DNA of 64,000 bases from an uncultured Acidobacteriota bacterium (GCA_963804995.1 CAWDSK010000001.1:96001-160000), one strand, 5' to 3'; positions 41,449 to 51,644 are shown, numbered from the stretch's first letter. Numbers and translations: made by a program. Notes: generated from the sequence alone by a model not told the origin.

Positions 41449-43538
41449 GAACCGAAATGCCGCAGAAGGTTCAAGCCCACCATTTGAAACGCGACGCCTA
41501 CCTGTATATCCGGCAGTCCACGCTTCGGCAGGTCTTTGAGAATACCGAGAGCACCCAGCGCCAGTACGCGTTACGCCAACAGGCCGTGGCCCTGGGCTGG
41601 CCTTTGGAACGGATCATCGTGATCGACAACGATCAAGGCCAGTCGGGAGCTTCGGCGGTAGACCGAGAGGGATTTCAAAGGTTGGTGAGTGAAGTGGGGA
41701 TGGGGCGAGCAGGGATCGTTCTGGGTCTCGAGGTGTCGCGCCTGGCGCGCAACTCCACGGACTGGCATCGACTGCTGGAGATCTGCGCGCTCACCGACAC
41801 GCTCATTTTGGATGAAGATGGCATCTACGACCCGGCGCACTTTAATGACCGCCTGCTGTTGGGGCTGAAAGGCACGATGAGCGAGGCGGAACTGCACGTG
41901 CTGCGAGCCCGGTTGCGAGGCGGAATCCTCAGCAAAGCTCGGCGCGGTGAGTTGGAGATCCCACCTCCGGTCGGCTTGGTCTATAACGGCTCGGGGCAAC
42001 TCGTTCTCGATCCGGACCAGCAGGTGCAACAGGGCCTTCGACTCTTGTTTGAAACCTTCCGTCGTACGGGATCCGCCCTGGCCACGGTGAAGGCCTTTCG
42101 CCAGCAGGGGCTGCTGTTTCCCCGCCGCCTGCGGGCGGGGCCCCACCAAGGAGAGTTGGTATGGGTGGAACTTGTTCACAGCCATGTCCTGCGCGTTTTG
42201 CACAATCCTCGGTATGCCGGGGCCTACGTCTTTGGCCGGAGTCAGACGCGCAAGAAGCTGGAGGGTGGCGTGACGGTGAAGTGGTTGCCTCGCGAGGAGT
42301 GGGACACTTGCCTTCCTGGGGCCCATGCGGGTTACCTCTCCTGGGAAGAATATGAGAGCAATCAGCGGCGGTTACGGGAATCCGCGCAAGCTTGGGGTCC
42401 CGACCGTCGTCAAAGCCCTCCGCGGGAAGGTCCAGCGCTTCTGCAGGGATTAGTGATCTGTGGCCGCTGTGGGAATCGGATGACCGTGCGTTATCATGTT
42501 CACCGGTCACGCCTGGCCCCCCATTATGTGTGTCAGCGGTACGGTATCGAACACGCTCAAACCATCTGCCAGACGGTTCCTGGAGCGGGTATCGACCAGG
42601 CCATCGGGGAACTGCTGATCGAAGTGGTCACTCCGTTAGCCCTGGAGGTGGCGCTGAGCGTGCAGCAAGAACTTCAGTCTCGTTGGGAAGAAGCGGATCG
42701 GTTGCGCCAAACCCAAGTCGAGCGCGCCCGGTATGAGGCGGAGCTGGCCGAGCGGCGCTACTTGCGTTGCGATCCCGACAACCGGCTCGTGGCGGATTCG
42801 CTCGAGGCCGACTGGAACCACAAGCTGCGTGCTCTGGGAGAGGCTCAGCAAGAGTATCAACGTCAACGTCAGGTCGACCGTGGGTTGTGTCGGGAAGAGG
42901 AACGCGCTCAGATTTTTGCCCTGGCCACAGACTTCCCTCGGCTGTGGCGCGATGCGAAAACGCCACATCGAGAACGGAAGCGTATGGTCCGCCTTCTATT
43001 GGAAGACGTCACGTTGACCCGCAACCATGAGATCACGCTTCAGATCCGCTTCAAGGGGGGAGCTACAAAGACCCTGCATTTGCCCATCCCCCTCAATGCC
43101 TGGAAACAGCGCACCACCAAGCCGGAGGTGGTGGCGGAGATCGACCGGCTCCTGGATCAACGTACCGATCGGCAGATCGCTAGCCTGCTGAATGAACGCG
43201 GCTGGCTCTCGGGCGAAGGCAGGCCCTTCAGCCCTCACATCGTCGCGCGCATACGGCGTAACTATGCCTTGAAGAGCGGTTACACTCGCCTACGCGGAGC
43301 CGGCCTGTTGACCCTGCAAGAGATGGCTAAGCTGCTCGGCATCTCCACCGGGTGGGTGAAAGTCTGGCGGGACCATGGTCTGTTAAGAGCTCAAGCCTAC
43401 AACGAGAAAAACGAGTGTTTATATGAACACCCCGGCGATGATCCGCCGCGCAAGATGCAAGGGACGAAGCTCGCTGCCAGGCAGCGATTCTTCGAGGACC
43501 CCTCGAATCATACCAATGAGGTGCAGTATGAAGCATAA
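41445..43538 (+). CDS. Large serine recombinase, apparently intact
   Basis: YIRQS, DNDQGQSG, EVSRLARN, LHNPRYAG, CGRC/YVC zinc ribbon, coiled coil, C-terminal HTH; 697 aa. Confidence 0.95.
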   Translation: MRTEMPQKVQAHHLKRDAYLYIRQSTLRQVFENTESTQRQYALRQQAVALGWPLERIIVIDNDQGQSGASAVDREGFQRLVSEVGMGRAGIVLGLEVSRLARNSTDWHRLLEICALTDTLILDEDGIYDPAHFNDRLLLGLKGTMSEAELHVLRARLRGGILSKARRGELEIPPPVGLVYNGSGQLVLDPDQQVQQGLRLLFETFRRTGSALATVKAFRQQGLLFPRRLRAGPHQGELVWVELVHSHVLRVLHNPRYAGAYVFGRSQTRKKLEGGVTVKWLPREEWDTCLPGAHAGYLSWEEYESNQRRLRESAQAWGPDRRQSPPREGPALLQGLVICGRCGNRMTVRYHVHRSRLAPHYVCQRYGIEHAQTICQTVPGAGIDQAIGELLIEVVTPLALEVALSVQQELQSRWEEADRLRQTQVERARYEAELAERRYLRCDPDNRLVADSLEADWNHKLRALGEAQQEYQRQRQVDRGLCREEERAQIFALATDFPRLWRDAKTPHRERKRMVRLLLEDVTLTRNHEITLQIRFKGGATKTLHLPIPLNAWKQRTTKPEVVAEIDRLLDQRTDRQIASLLNERGWLSGEGRPFSPHIVARIRRNYALKSGYTRLRGAGLLTLQEMAKLLGISTGWVKVWRDHGLLRAQAYNEKNECLYEHPGDDPPRKMQGTKLAARQRFFEDPSNHTNEVQYEA

Positions 43539-44391
43539 GCCTTTTGCCAAGGGCTCTGCGGCGCGGTCAGGACTTCGGTGATGTCCATGTCGCTGAGAAG
43601 ATTGCGGAAACCTTCCCCGTAGATCTGGTCCCGGTCTCGGATCAAATAGCGTGGCGCCGTGTCTTCGGGGAACGCTTCCAGGATTTGCTGAGTGGCCCAA
43701 GCCGCCGTCGGATGCTCGGTCACGTTGAAATGCACGACACGCCGGCGATGATGAGCCAGCACGACAAAAACGAATAACACTCGAAAACTGACCGTGGGCA
43801 CCGTGAAGAAGTCAACCGAGACCAAACCCTGAACATGGTTATTCAAGAAGGCCTTCCAAGTCTGGGAAGGTGGCTTCCGGCACTTGGGCATCAATCGGGA
43901 AACCGTGCGCTCGGAAACCTCCATTCCCAGCTTGAGCAGTTCCCCGTGAATGCGAGGGGCGCCCCAATACGGGTTCGCGGTCGCCATCTGCTTGACCAGG
44001 GCTCGGACTTCTGAACTGAGTTGTGGTCGACCTGAACTTCCCCGCTGCGAGATCCTCGCCCAATAGATTCGGAAGGCCTTTTGCTGCCAGCCGACAACAG
44101 TATCACCGTTCACCACATGCAAGGCCTGTCGCCAAGGGGCCCAGACTCGGGAAAGCACCACCCAAAACAATCGATCTTTCCTCTTCAGTCTCGGCACGCC
44201 CTTCCTTCTCTTTAGCACTCCCAGCTGTTGTCGCAAAGCCAGATTTTCCAAGGCCAAGTCACGGCGTTCTCTAAGAGCTGCAATTATGAAAATGACCAGC
44301 CATCGTAATGTCTCGATCATGGGTTGGAGTGTGGAGGTAACGACCTGAATAATCAACGGATTTCGAGCCGATGGAGTTTTGGCGATGGACA

Positions 44392-45095
44392 GCTGGCTCG
44401 AACGAGCGACCTGGGGAAAGTATCTCCTGATCCCGCCTGACCAGGGGCCGGACGCCCTGGGCGACAGCAATCTCTTGGCCCTCGCGAGCCGTATCACTAG
44501 CCGGTACTACTTCGGCCTCGGCACCGCCGCAGCGCACTATGGGCTGACAACTCAGCACCGCAACGTGATCTTTGTTGTAACGCCGCAGCGCCCGCGCGCG
44601 CGCACCGTCGGAGAATCGCGGGTCCGGATCGTCAATCAGGCGGAGAGCAAGTTCTTCGGATTTGAGCCGGTCGACGTGCTCGGCTACAAGGTGATGATCT
44701 CGGACCGCGAAAAGACTGCCATCGACTGTATTGATCACCCACCACTCGCCGGAGGCGTGGGGGAGGCCGCCACCATTCTTGCCACCGCGACTCGCCGCTT
44801 CGACTGGAACAAAGCTGCTGATTACCTCGAACGGATAGGCACCGGCGCGCTGGTGCGCCGATTCGGCTGGCTGGCCGACCACGTCAAGGCGGATATTCCG
44901 CCCTCCACACGCGAGCGCCTGCTCAGGTTGGCGGCGCGAAGCCGCAAAACGTGGCTCGGCGCCGCTCCCGAACACGCTATGCCGGGCGCAATCGGTTATG
45001 ACGAGACATGGCGCCTGTTCGTGAATGTTTCGCGCGAAGAGCTGCAAGGCAGCGTCGGCCTCGGACAGCGGAAAACGGTCAGGGGAGGTGCGTAG
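44392..45095 (+). pseudogene. AbiEi-like antitoxin/regulator, 5'-truncated
   Basis: WLER..GKYL, TAAAHYGLT, KFFG, ISDREKTAIDC, RRFGWL; begins directly at the IS end. Confidence 0.75.
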
Positions 45096-45097
45096 CC

Positions 45098-45241
45098 ATG
45101 CTTACGCAGCCCCAGGTTCAGCGCTATGCCATCGAATCCGGCCTTCGCAACATCATGATCGCGGAAAAGGAAGTGGTGCTGACGTCTCTGCTGCAGGTTC
45201 TCGCCGAGCGTGGCCTTCCCTTAGTCGGCCATAGCCAGTAG
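45098..45241 (+). pseudogene. Probable AbiEii-like toxin N-terminal stub
   Basis: RBS GGAGG then MLTQPQVQRYA..AEKEVVLT.LL; breaks off after ~40 aa. Confidence 0.55.
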
Positions 45242-45315
45242 CGCGCCGCAGTGCACTGCCTCTCTATGATGGGCGGCCCTTGGCCGAAAGCGCTGCAGCC
45301 CATCGCCATGCACAA

Positions 45316-45483
45316 GGACTTGAAGCCATTCCTTGATTACCTGCCCGCTCTTGGCTGAGACCGTAACGAAAGGGAGATCGGGGCGCACGGCCTGAATGTT
45401 GCGGGCGGCACTGGCTGAATCAAATTCCACAGCCTCTGCCAAGTCCACTTTGGTGATCACCGCCGGGGCGGTGGCGTGAAAAA
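45316..45483 (-). pseudogene. hypB: HypB-like GTPase C-terminal fragment
   Basis: VITKVDLAEAVEFD..NIQAVRP..VSAKSG..W. Confidence 0.7.
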
Positions 45484-45695
45484 TGGGCGGGCATTTCAAG
45501 GGTTTGTCCTCACCATCGGAACGGGCGCGATGGCGAAGCAGGATGAATCGGATTTTGCGGGAAAAAACGGCACCAGAAATCCTTGCCCATTTCCTTGCCC
45601 AAAACGTTGCCGACTACGCCCGAATGAGGCCATTCTACCCTACGAATACCGGCGTAAATCGCTGAAAACACATGAACCCGACCCATGACAAGACA

Positions 45696-45735
<40 letters not shown>

Positions 45736-45849
45736 GCGCCTCAGCCACAGGCAATGCCCTCTAACTTGGAATTAGCGCACTTACCCCGAAGCTCGATGGC
45801 CGCCGCGGAGTAATCGAGCCAATCTCCAACCTGCACTGCCAATCCTCAC

Positions 45850-45878
45850 AAGTTACCATCCGCAGCCGGAACTGACAA
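45850..45878 (-). promoter_or_regulatory. Candidate sigma70 promoter of the tRNA
   Basis: TTGTCA-N17-TAACTT on the minus strand, ~115 nt upstream of the tRNA half. Confidence 0.45.
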
Positions 45879-46198
45879 GCCGGAGCTGAGGTGAGTGACA
45901 CCCCATGTTATGGAGAATTTCGTTTTGCTCGTGGCCAATAGTGGAGCCCCACAGCCGTAGATTCTCCCGGGAATCGTGGCCCCACTAGGTTGGCGGCCCT
46001 TGGGATATTCCGGCCTTCACCCGTGGGCACAGCAGGTCTTTGGCGCGGTTGCCCACCTCACGGCGTAGAGGGTTGCATCCCACCACTCAAGGATTTTCGA
46101 TCCGGCATCTTGGGCGAGGGTTGCCCTCGGGAACTGGTCTCGTACATCGTCGCCCCAGCGCCACCCGCACCATTCCAACCGAGGCTGCATCAGCTTGG

Positions 46199-46660
46199 CT
46201 AATCCGACCAAGCCAGATAGCCGGGTACGATTAATCCGACCAGGGGCACGATGAGCAGGATTCCCCACCAATTGGGTTTGCCGCGCGCCTCCGCAATGGC
46301 CATCCAGACCATGATCCCGATCACGATGTTCACGAACGGGACGAGTAGAAGGATGAACCACCAGACCGGCTTCTTGGCGACATTCAACATGAGGATCGCA
46401 TTGAGGATGGGGACCCAGGCCCACCAGGCGTTCTCCGTGTTGGTCTTTTTGGCGATGGTCTGGAGTGCCAGGGCAAAGTACACATAGGCCGCAATGGCGA
46501 ACACAACAAATACGAGCATCATCACACCCAGCACGGCGGCTCCGGCCCCTCGCTGATCAAACTGCGCATACGCCGGGACTGCCGTCAGCAGGCCTATGCT
46601 GGCGAGAACCGATAAGCAAATCAGGGTCGGGGCCGATCGATGCCTGGAAAGTTTTCTCAT
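46199..46660 (-). CDS. DUF5684-like membrane protein
   Basis: IAKK..AWWAWVPILN and KPxWW repeats; TM helices. Confidence 0.75.
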   Translation of the reverse strand: MRKLSRHRSAPTLICLSVLASIGLLTAVPAYAQFDQRGAGAAVLGVMMLVFVVFAIAAYVYFALALQTIAKKTNTENAWWAWVPILNAILMLNVAKKPVWWFILLLVPFVNIVIGIMVWMAIAEARGKPNWWGILLIVPLVGLIVPGYLAWSD

Positions 46661-47038
46661 AGATTGTTTCCCTTTCAGGTCAGACCACGGCCGAGGTCGC
46701 GTGGTTAGACGGAGTTGATTTCGATTTTCAGCTAGCCGAACGCTATCTCCCATTTTTCTGCCCGGTCGGAAGGTTCATCCCTCTGAGCGCTTGAATCGTT
46801 GAAGATCACCCAGGCCCCTAGCGTCACACCGGTCAGGGATCACACTTCGAATTTCGGGCATCCTACCTGAACTCTGGCTAGTCGGCTGTATACACCGGTT
46901 TGGCGGGCAAAGCAAGTGGTACGAGTTCGATGTGTCGTTAAGGATGTGGCGCTGGGCAGCGGCGCGTGGTATAAAAAGGCACCTGTGTGTGCTAGCATCC
47001 AGACAACCGGGCAGAAACCCAATATCAAGGAGGATTTC

Positions 47039-47713
47039 ATGGGAGACGTGAAGGCAATCCGCATCACCCGGCTCATTGCAGTTCCCGTCGTGATCACGCT
47101 GGCCGTGACCATCCTGCGGCTGATCGGCGAGCTTGCTCACTGGCCCGCGCCGTTGTTCAACGCGGCGCCCGGCGGTGGAATGGCAATCGTCGGCATTTCC
47201 TGGCTGCCGATCATCTTCGGCCCGTACTTTGCGCTGAAGCTCGCGGGGGCGGGCAGTGGCCCTCCGAGCAATGGGAAAGCCATCATGATGGCGATGATTG
47301 GCTTGGTGGTCTTTGTTCTCGGTGGGGTTATTTTCGCCACGACCATTGCGCATCCGTCCTACCTGACCGCCGCCGCACTCCTCTTGATGTTGGCTGCGGC
47401 ATTTGTTCCGGCCCTCGGTTGGCGGTCCCTGGGGATAACCCTGTTGGCGTATGCGTTCGCGGCGCGAATTCCGGTTCTGGTCGTCATGTACTTCGCGATG
47501 AGCGGGAACGGCGGCGCGGGATGGGGAACGCATTATGACGGCATGCCTCCGGCGCTGGCTCATGTCCCGTTCGGGACGGCGTTTCTTTACGGGGCGGTTA
47601 TGCCCCAGATGACCTTGTGGATTGGTTTTACGGTGGTGGTGGGCGCCATCATTGGCACCCTCGTCGTTGCCATCATGGGTCGGGGGAAGCAGCCGACGCA
47701 GGCCAGCGCGTGA
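47039..47713 (+). CDS. Hypothetical membrane protein
   Basis: RBS AGGAGG; about six TM helices; WGTHYD loop. Confidence 0.7.
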   Translation: MGDVKAIRITRLIAVPVVITLAVTILRLIGELAHWPAPLFNAAPGGGMAIVGISWLPIIFGPYFALKLAGAGSGPPSNGKAIMMAMIGLVVFVLGGVIFATTIAHPSYLTAAALLLMLAAAFVPALGWRSLGITLLAYAFAARIPVLVVMYFAMSGNGGAGWGTHYDGMPPALAHVPFGTAFLYGAVMPQMTLWIGFTVVVGAIIGTLVVAIMGRGKQPTQASA

Positions 47714-47772
47714 GTTTGCTTCCGCGCTGACCTGCAACTCGTGTGGCTTCCGGTGTGGCGGTCAAGGGGAGT

Positions 47773-48627
47773 CTACTTGGCGGCTGCCTTAAACCACTCC
47801 GCTTTCACGTCCGCGATGACTTCCTGGGCGGCCTGCTCAACCTGCTGCGCCCCCCACGCGCTGTCAGAGTGGGTGCGTGGATCTTGTGCTTCGCGCAAGG
47901 TGTGATCGGGCGTGGGGACACAGTCGAAGGTGTCGCCATCCACGATGGCATAGTCCACGTTGCGGAGCTTGCCGGTCGCGGGGAGTCTCGAAACATCGGT
48001 GCTGCCCGGCCACATGGCTTCGAGCATCGAAGTCTCCTCAGAAGCCGCATGGCCAATCGCTCCAGCCACCAGGGAGCGGGGAAATCCGGGATAAACCCAC
48101 ATAACCCGCTTGGGCTTGAGGCCGGTGTTGAATTCGCGGCATAACCGGTCGAGAGTGCCCCGCTGGTTGTCGGCGCCGTGCCCGTTTACAATCAGGACAT
48201 GGCGGAAGTGCATCCGGTCGAAAAGGATGTTCAGGATGTCACGCAGGACCGCCGCAAAAACCTCCTCACGAAAATAGGCGCTGGCTACCGAATTCTTGGG
48301 AAAGTCCATTCCTTCAATGAAGGCATCGCGGCTGAACCCCAGCGACTCCAGCATGTTCGGATGACGCTCCCTTTCGGTGCCAACAAAAAGTGGTGGATAA
48401 TAGGGGCATTCGAGCTCGCGGGCCAGGCGGCGGGCAAAGGCATGGGCCAGCAGGTTATCGCATCCCATGGCCAGGTGCGGTCCGTGCCACTCCAAGGGAG
48501 CCACGGGTAGCAGCACCAAGCCATTGCGTTCCCGGGCAGCCGCCACTTCATCGGGGAACATGAAAGCCATGTTCCAGTCCCCTTGCTCAATAGGACGTTT
48601 AATATTCGGTTTATTTACATCTGCCAT
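47773..48627 (-). CDS. Creatininase-family amidohydrolase
   Basis: LEWHGPHL..D, NGHG..N, GHA..EETS. Confidence 0.88.
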   Translation of the reverse strand: MADVNKPNIKRPIEQGDWNMAFMFPDEVAAARERNGLVLLPVAPLEWHGPHLAMGCDNLLAHAFARRLARELECPYYPPLFVGTERERHPNMLESLGFSRDAFIEGMDFPKNSVASAYFREEVFAAVLRDILNILFDRMHFRHVLIVNGHGADNQRGTLDRLCREFNTGLKPKRVMWVYPGFPRSLVAGAIGHAASEETSMLEAMWPGSTDVSRLPATGKLRNVDYAIVDGDTFDCVPTPDHTLREAQDPRTHSDSAWGAQQVEQAAQEVIADVKAEWFKAAAK

Positions 48628-48706
48628 AATGATTCCTCCTATGAAAATATGCTCAGCGATCAAACCCTAAGAAACCAAGAAGCAATTCCCAGGGGGACTT
48701 CTTCTG

Positions 48707-49192
48707 CTAACCACCGTACAGCGTTTCAGTACTGACCGGCAATCCCAGCAGCTTCAGATAGGTAAAGAGTTGCATCTTGTGATTGTTAAAGTGCCCGAGG
48801 AAGTTGACACTCATAATCTCCATCTTGGCCTTCCACCCCCAGGGCACGGAAACCACGCGATTAGTAAAGTCATCTTCGCTTAAGCCATCCATCACCGCCC
48901 GCAGAGTCGCCTGGTCCTTCGCGAGCTTCGCCAGCGCCTCGGGAACTCCACAGGAGGGCATGTTTTCCAGTTTCATACCGACTTCCATTTCTTCCATGGG
49001 CGGCCACTTGCCACTCACCAACATTTCCAGTCCGCCGCCGATTCCGTCGCTCAGGTGGCTAATGACTTGGCCGATGCTCATGAACTTCGGCCCCGGTTTC
49101 CAATCCAGTTTGTCGGCCGGAACCATGCCGATCAGCTTTTCGGCAGGCTGAGTTGATTGCAAAACGATTTCACAGAATTCATTCTTGGTCAT
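48707..49192 (-). CDS. DinB-family protein
   Basis: WKP..MSIGQVISHL; HFNNHKMQLFTYLKLLG. Confidence 0.85.
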   Translation of the reverse strand: MTKNEFCEIVLQSTQPAEKLIGMVPADKLDWKPGPKFMSIGQVISHLSDGIGGGLEMLVSGKWPPMEEMEVGMKLENMPSCGVPEALAKLAKDQATLRAVMDGLSEDDFTNRVVSVPWGWKAKMEIMSVNFLGHFNNHKMQLFTYLKLLGLPVSTETLYGG

Positions 49193-49314
49193 GGATTCTC
49201 CTCCATTACTGTGTCTTGTGCATCGCGCGCGGTGGAACAGCCACCCTCCGCTCATTACAACTGTTTTGCCGCGAGGAGACTTTAGCGCAAATTCTCCGGC
49301 CAAGCCAGCATGGC

Positions 49315-49674
49315 TCACAACATTCGGTTGCCGTACTGGCCGCAGGACTCGAAAACGGAAAGCAGGTTGGTCATGCCAAGGAGTTCCTGGACTTTCTTGG
49401 ACAGGTTGATGAGTTGAAGCTCGCAGTTGGTTTTCTTTGTGGTAACGTAAACGCCGATGATGGCGCCGAGCCCGGAGCTATCCAGAAACGCCACTTCGTT
49501 CAAGTCCAAAACGATCCGCTTCGTCTGCGGAATCAAAGCCCGGACCTCTTGCTTAAATTCTGCGGCGATATCGGCCGTTAGTCGACCGCTACACCTTACC
49601 AAGGTCGACTCCGGGCCGGGTTGAATACGCAGCTTGAAGCGTGAAGAGGGAACAACCGGCGGATTCGTGGACAT
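49315..49674 (-). CDS. STAS anti-sigma-factor antagonist
   Basis: VLDLNEVAFLDSSGLG..V.ELL.MT.L. Confidence 0.92.
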   Translation of the reverse strand: MSTNPPVVPSSRFKLRIQPGPESTLVRCSGRLTADIAAEFKQEVRALIPQTKRIVLDLNEVAFLDSSGLGAIIGVYVTTKKTNCELQLINLSKKVQELLGMTNLLSVFESCGQYGNRML

Positions 49675-49883
49675 GGTAAACCTCTCCTTCCAGGCTCGGC
49701 TGCTGGGATTTGTCTGCGGTTAGGCGCTTACACAAACAAGCGAGACAGCACCTCGTCTCCGCGAAAGTTTATGCCAATACTGCGATGCCCTGGGGATCCA
49801 TTGTACCTGAAATCCACTCTCCTGCGGGACATCCACCGGCGACGGGCAGTGACTCATTTTGAGGTGCCACGGGCGTCCGATGG

Positions 49884-50000
49884 TGTGAAAAAATACCATT
49901 TTCACCGCTGAGACGCTGAGACGCAGAGAAATGACCCTTTGTTTTCAAACCTCTGCGCCTCCGCGTCTCCGCGGTGAAAGGTTTGATGGGATTTTTTCAC
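49884..50000. repeat. Long imperfect palindrome built from 9-mer units (MITE-like)
   Basis: TGTGAAAAAATACCAT..TTTCACCGC..GAGACGC..CGCAGAG mirrored by CTCTGCG..GCGTCTC.GCGGTGAAA..ATGGGATTTTTTCACA. Confidence 0.7.
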
Positions 50001-50078
50001 AGCTTCTCCCGCCCGTGTCCAGACACGGCCAAGACCCCGATGGATCGGGGCAGGTAGGCCGTGGCACGGAAAGCGAAC

Positions 50079-51350
50079 TTAAGCGCGCGCCGCTTCCATC
50101 AGCACCTCGCGCAGCCTTCGGGCAACCACCAAATCCTCGCCGGGCTGGAGCATCCACACCCCGACGACGATCGTGTTAGGCCCGCCTTCCAGGCCTTTGC
50201 TGGCGGGGCCACCTCCCGTCGCCGGGTTCAGTTGGATGCGCGGGGTTCCCTCCCGCAATTTTTCCGCGACCTCTTTCCCTGTGAGCTTGATCCGGCTGGG
50301 GTCGTAAGTAATCAACAGGTGCGACACATGATTGGCTACGGGCGGAACGAAAATCTTAGTTTGGACGCTCGGAAGACTCTTCAGGCGCTGCGCAATGCGT
50401 TCGGCACGCTGGTGGAACTCCTTCTGCAGAGTGGCTTCGTCCTGGGCCAGTAGCCAATCCACGGCTGCCACGAGTCCAATGATTTCCTCCTTGGCAACTT
50501 TCATGCCTCGGCCAACCGTGTTGGAGTTGGGGGAATTGTTCTTCACGGCGGCGTCGATCAGGTCCTTCTTTCCCAGGAGCAGCCCCGTACACTGCGGGCC
50601 ACGGATGCCTTTCCCTCCCGAAAACGTCACCAGGTCGAAGCCCATTTTGGTGTAATTCCACAAATTCGCAATGGGAGGAACATCCGCTGAGGCGTCGTTG
50701 AAACAGGGCACATCATGTTGATGCGCCACGCGTATCCAGTCCTCGCGGCTGATTTCGCCTCCTTCTGCAGCATTGAAGAAGTGTGCCATTACGGTCCGCT
50801 CGTTAAACGCCGCGTCGTACTCTGCAAGCGTTTCTACTTCTACAAAGCGAATCCCGCAATTCCGGAGGGCGTGATCGTACTCGTAGCGATGCGCCTTCTG
50901 GACGATAACCTCGTTCTTCAGCCCCTTCAGGTCGAGGGGTATGTTCACAATCGCGTCGGCATTTCCACGCGTAACGCAGGCGGCCGTGCCCAGCGTGAGC
51001 GCGGAGGCGGCCCCCGCCGTTACCAAGGCAGCCTCGCACTGCAAGCGCTTCGCTAAATACTCACCGGAGGCGCGCAACAACTCCTCGAGTTGGACGGGAT
51101 ACTTTGACGCGATGCTGATGGCGGCCTGAACTTCCTCCGGCATCGTCGAGGCTGAGAGGACAGTGTAAGTGCCCGCGGCGTTAATGAAGGGCTTGACGCC
51201 CAGTTTCTCGTAATAGTTAACGCCTTTCGCCGGACTATGCGTCGCACCACGGGCGGCGAAGACCGAGCCGCTGTATACCGCCGTGCCGCCCACCGCAAGC
51301 GCCTGACCAGTCTTGCCCATAAACTTTCGTCGTGTCATGACTTTGGACAT
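50079..51350 (-). CDS. SelA/DgaE-like PLP-dependent enzyme with a twin-arginine-like leader
   Basis: INAAGT.T, FSGGKG.RGPQ.TG, GRGMKV.KEE; N-terminal TRRKFM. Confidence 0.85.
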   Translation of the reverse strand: MSKVMTRRKFMGKTGQALAVGGTAVYSGSVFAARGATHSPAKGVNYYEKLGVKPFINAAGTYTVLSASTMPEEVQAAISIASKYPVQLEELLRASGEYLAKRLQCEAALVTAGAASALTLGTAACVTRGNADAIVNIPLDLKGLKNEVIVQKAHRYEYDHALRNCGIRFVEVETLAEYDAAFNERTVMAHFFNAAEGGEISREDWIRVAHQHDVPCFNDASADVPPIANLWNYTKMGFDLVTFSGGKGIRGPQCTGLLLGKKDLIDAAVKNNSPNSNTVGRGMKVAKEEIIGLVAAVDWLLAQDEATLQKEFHQRAERIAQRLKSLPSVQTKIFVPPVANHVSHLLITYDPSRIKLTGKEVAEKLREGTPRIQLNPATGGGPASKGLEGGPNTIVVGVWMLQPGEDLVVARRLREVLMEAARA

Positions 51351-51644
51351 GGGAATTTCCTCTCTTGTCAACGCGAGAGGTGGAACCTGGGGAACATAGC
51401 CCCTGATCGTCCTTTACGCGTTTTAAGATACTGTCGTCTGATTAACACGTGGGGCGACAAGTGTCAACCCGTGCGTCAGGAGTTGGAGGCTCGTCCGGGC
51501 GGCCAGTAATACTCGGGTGGTTATTTTGGTTTGATCTGATATCATTTCTCTTTCCGTTTGGACTGATAGTCGCGAAAGCCAGTGAAGCCGTGGGCGGTTC
51601 CTGTTCAAATCATAAAAGGGACCCTGGTTTAGAGGAGAGTCATT

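Larger units (their letters stand above)
40166..43541 (+). mobile_element. LSR element 2 (3378-bp circle), flanked by a shared TT core
   Basis: TT at 40164-40165 and 43542-43543; removal restores the transposase codons TGG CAA AAT CCG. Confidence 0.92.
39708..44391 (-). mobile_element. IS481-like element (1306 bp without the insert) interrupted by LSR element 2
   Basis: IRs TGTCCTTCGCCAATAC / TGTCCATCGCCAAAAC; 44320-43542 plus 40163-39914 gives 1029 nt in frame (SVDFF, RDRD, PWQ-NPFAER, GGLHHRY); no flanking direct repeat. Confidence 0.88.

Noticed and set aside
45600..45695. tRNA 3' half or group I intron after the anticodon
   Set aside because: No complementary anticodon stem or T arm, and no recognisable intron core or downstream exon.
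50079..51350. True selA
   Set aside because: No selB, selC or selD nearby; the motifs and leader fit the SelA-like/DgaE branch.
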